Assembly (NCBI GenBank): GCA_040905465.1
Contig: JBBDRK010000004.1
Coordinates: forward strand, 48,020-63,425
From: Trueperaceae bacterium
GTDB lineage: Bacteria; Deinococcota; Deinococci; Deinococcales; Trueperaceae
Direction of reading: 5' to 3'
DNA length: 15,406 nucleotides
Shown here: positions 15,374 to 15,406 of the stretch, piece by piece
Layout of the letters: each line of letters begins with the position of its first letter
Numbering within the stretch: the first letter of the stretch is position 1
The notes under the pieces: model-generated
What the model was told of the DNA's origin: nothing
The model's input: the letters and a program-made list of their open reading frames with translations, nothing else
The model's database searches: none
Position numbers and translations under genes: made by a program

Positions 15374-15406
15374 GCAGAGTTTGCCCGATTCGCCGGTCTT
15401 CCGGAC

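Overview
A GC-rich bacterial chromosomal segment, probably Deinococcota (Trueperaceae-like; inferred from gene content, a non-DNPR MurE motif and several leaderless-type starts). Positions 1-11.3 kb are mostly housekeeping or transport: a DHA2 MFS exporter, a polar amino-acid ABC binding protein, a permease with an unusual inserted binding-protein lobe, a HEPN gene followed by an internally deleted nucleotidyltransferase remnant, alr, a CNNM/CorC-type CBS protein, a dgk/dck-like deoxynucleoside kinase pair, murE and pdp. The most interesting part is 11.4-15.4 kb. It holds an EAL-only phosphodiesterase gene directly downstream of an unannotated 58-aa ORF that looks like a secreted peptide precursor, and a second unannotated, divergent 58-aa ORF. 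Two mirror-image promoter boxes lie between these small genes, and an 817-aa MalT-like (degenerate NTPase)/helical-repeat/winged-helix regulator follows. Together these resemble an RRNPP-like peptide-signalling cassette with a c-di-GMP output. This is an inference and needs testing.
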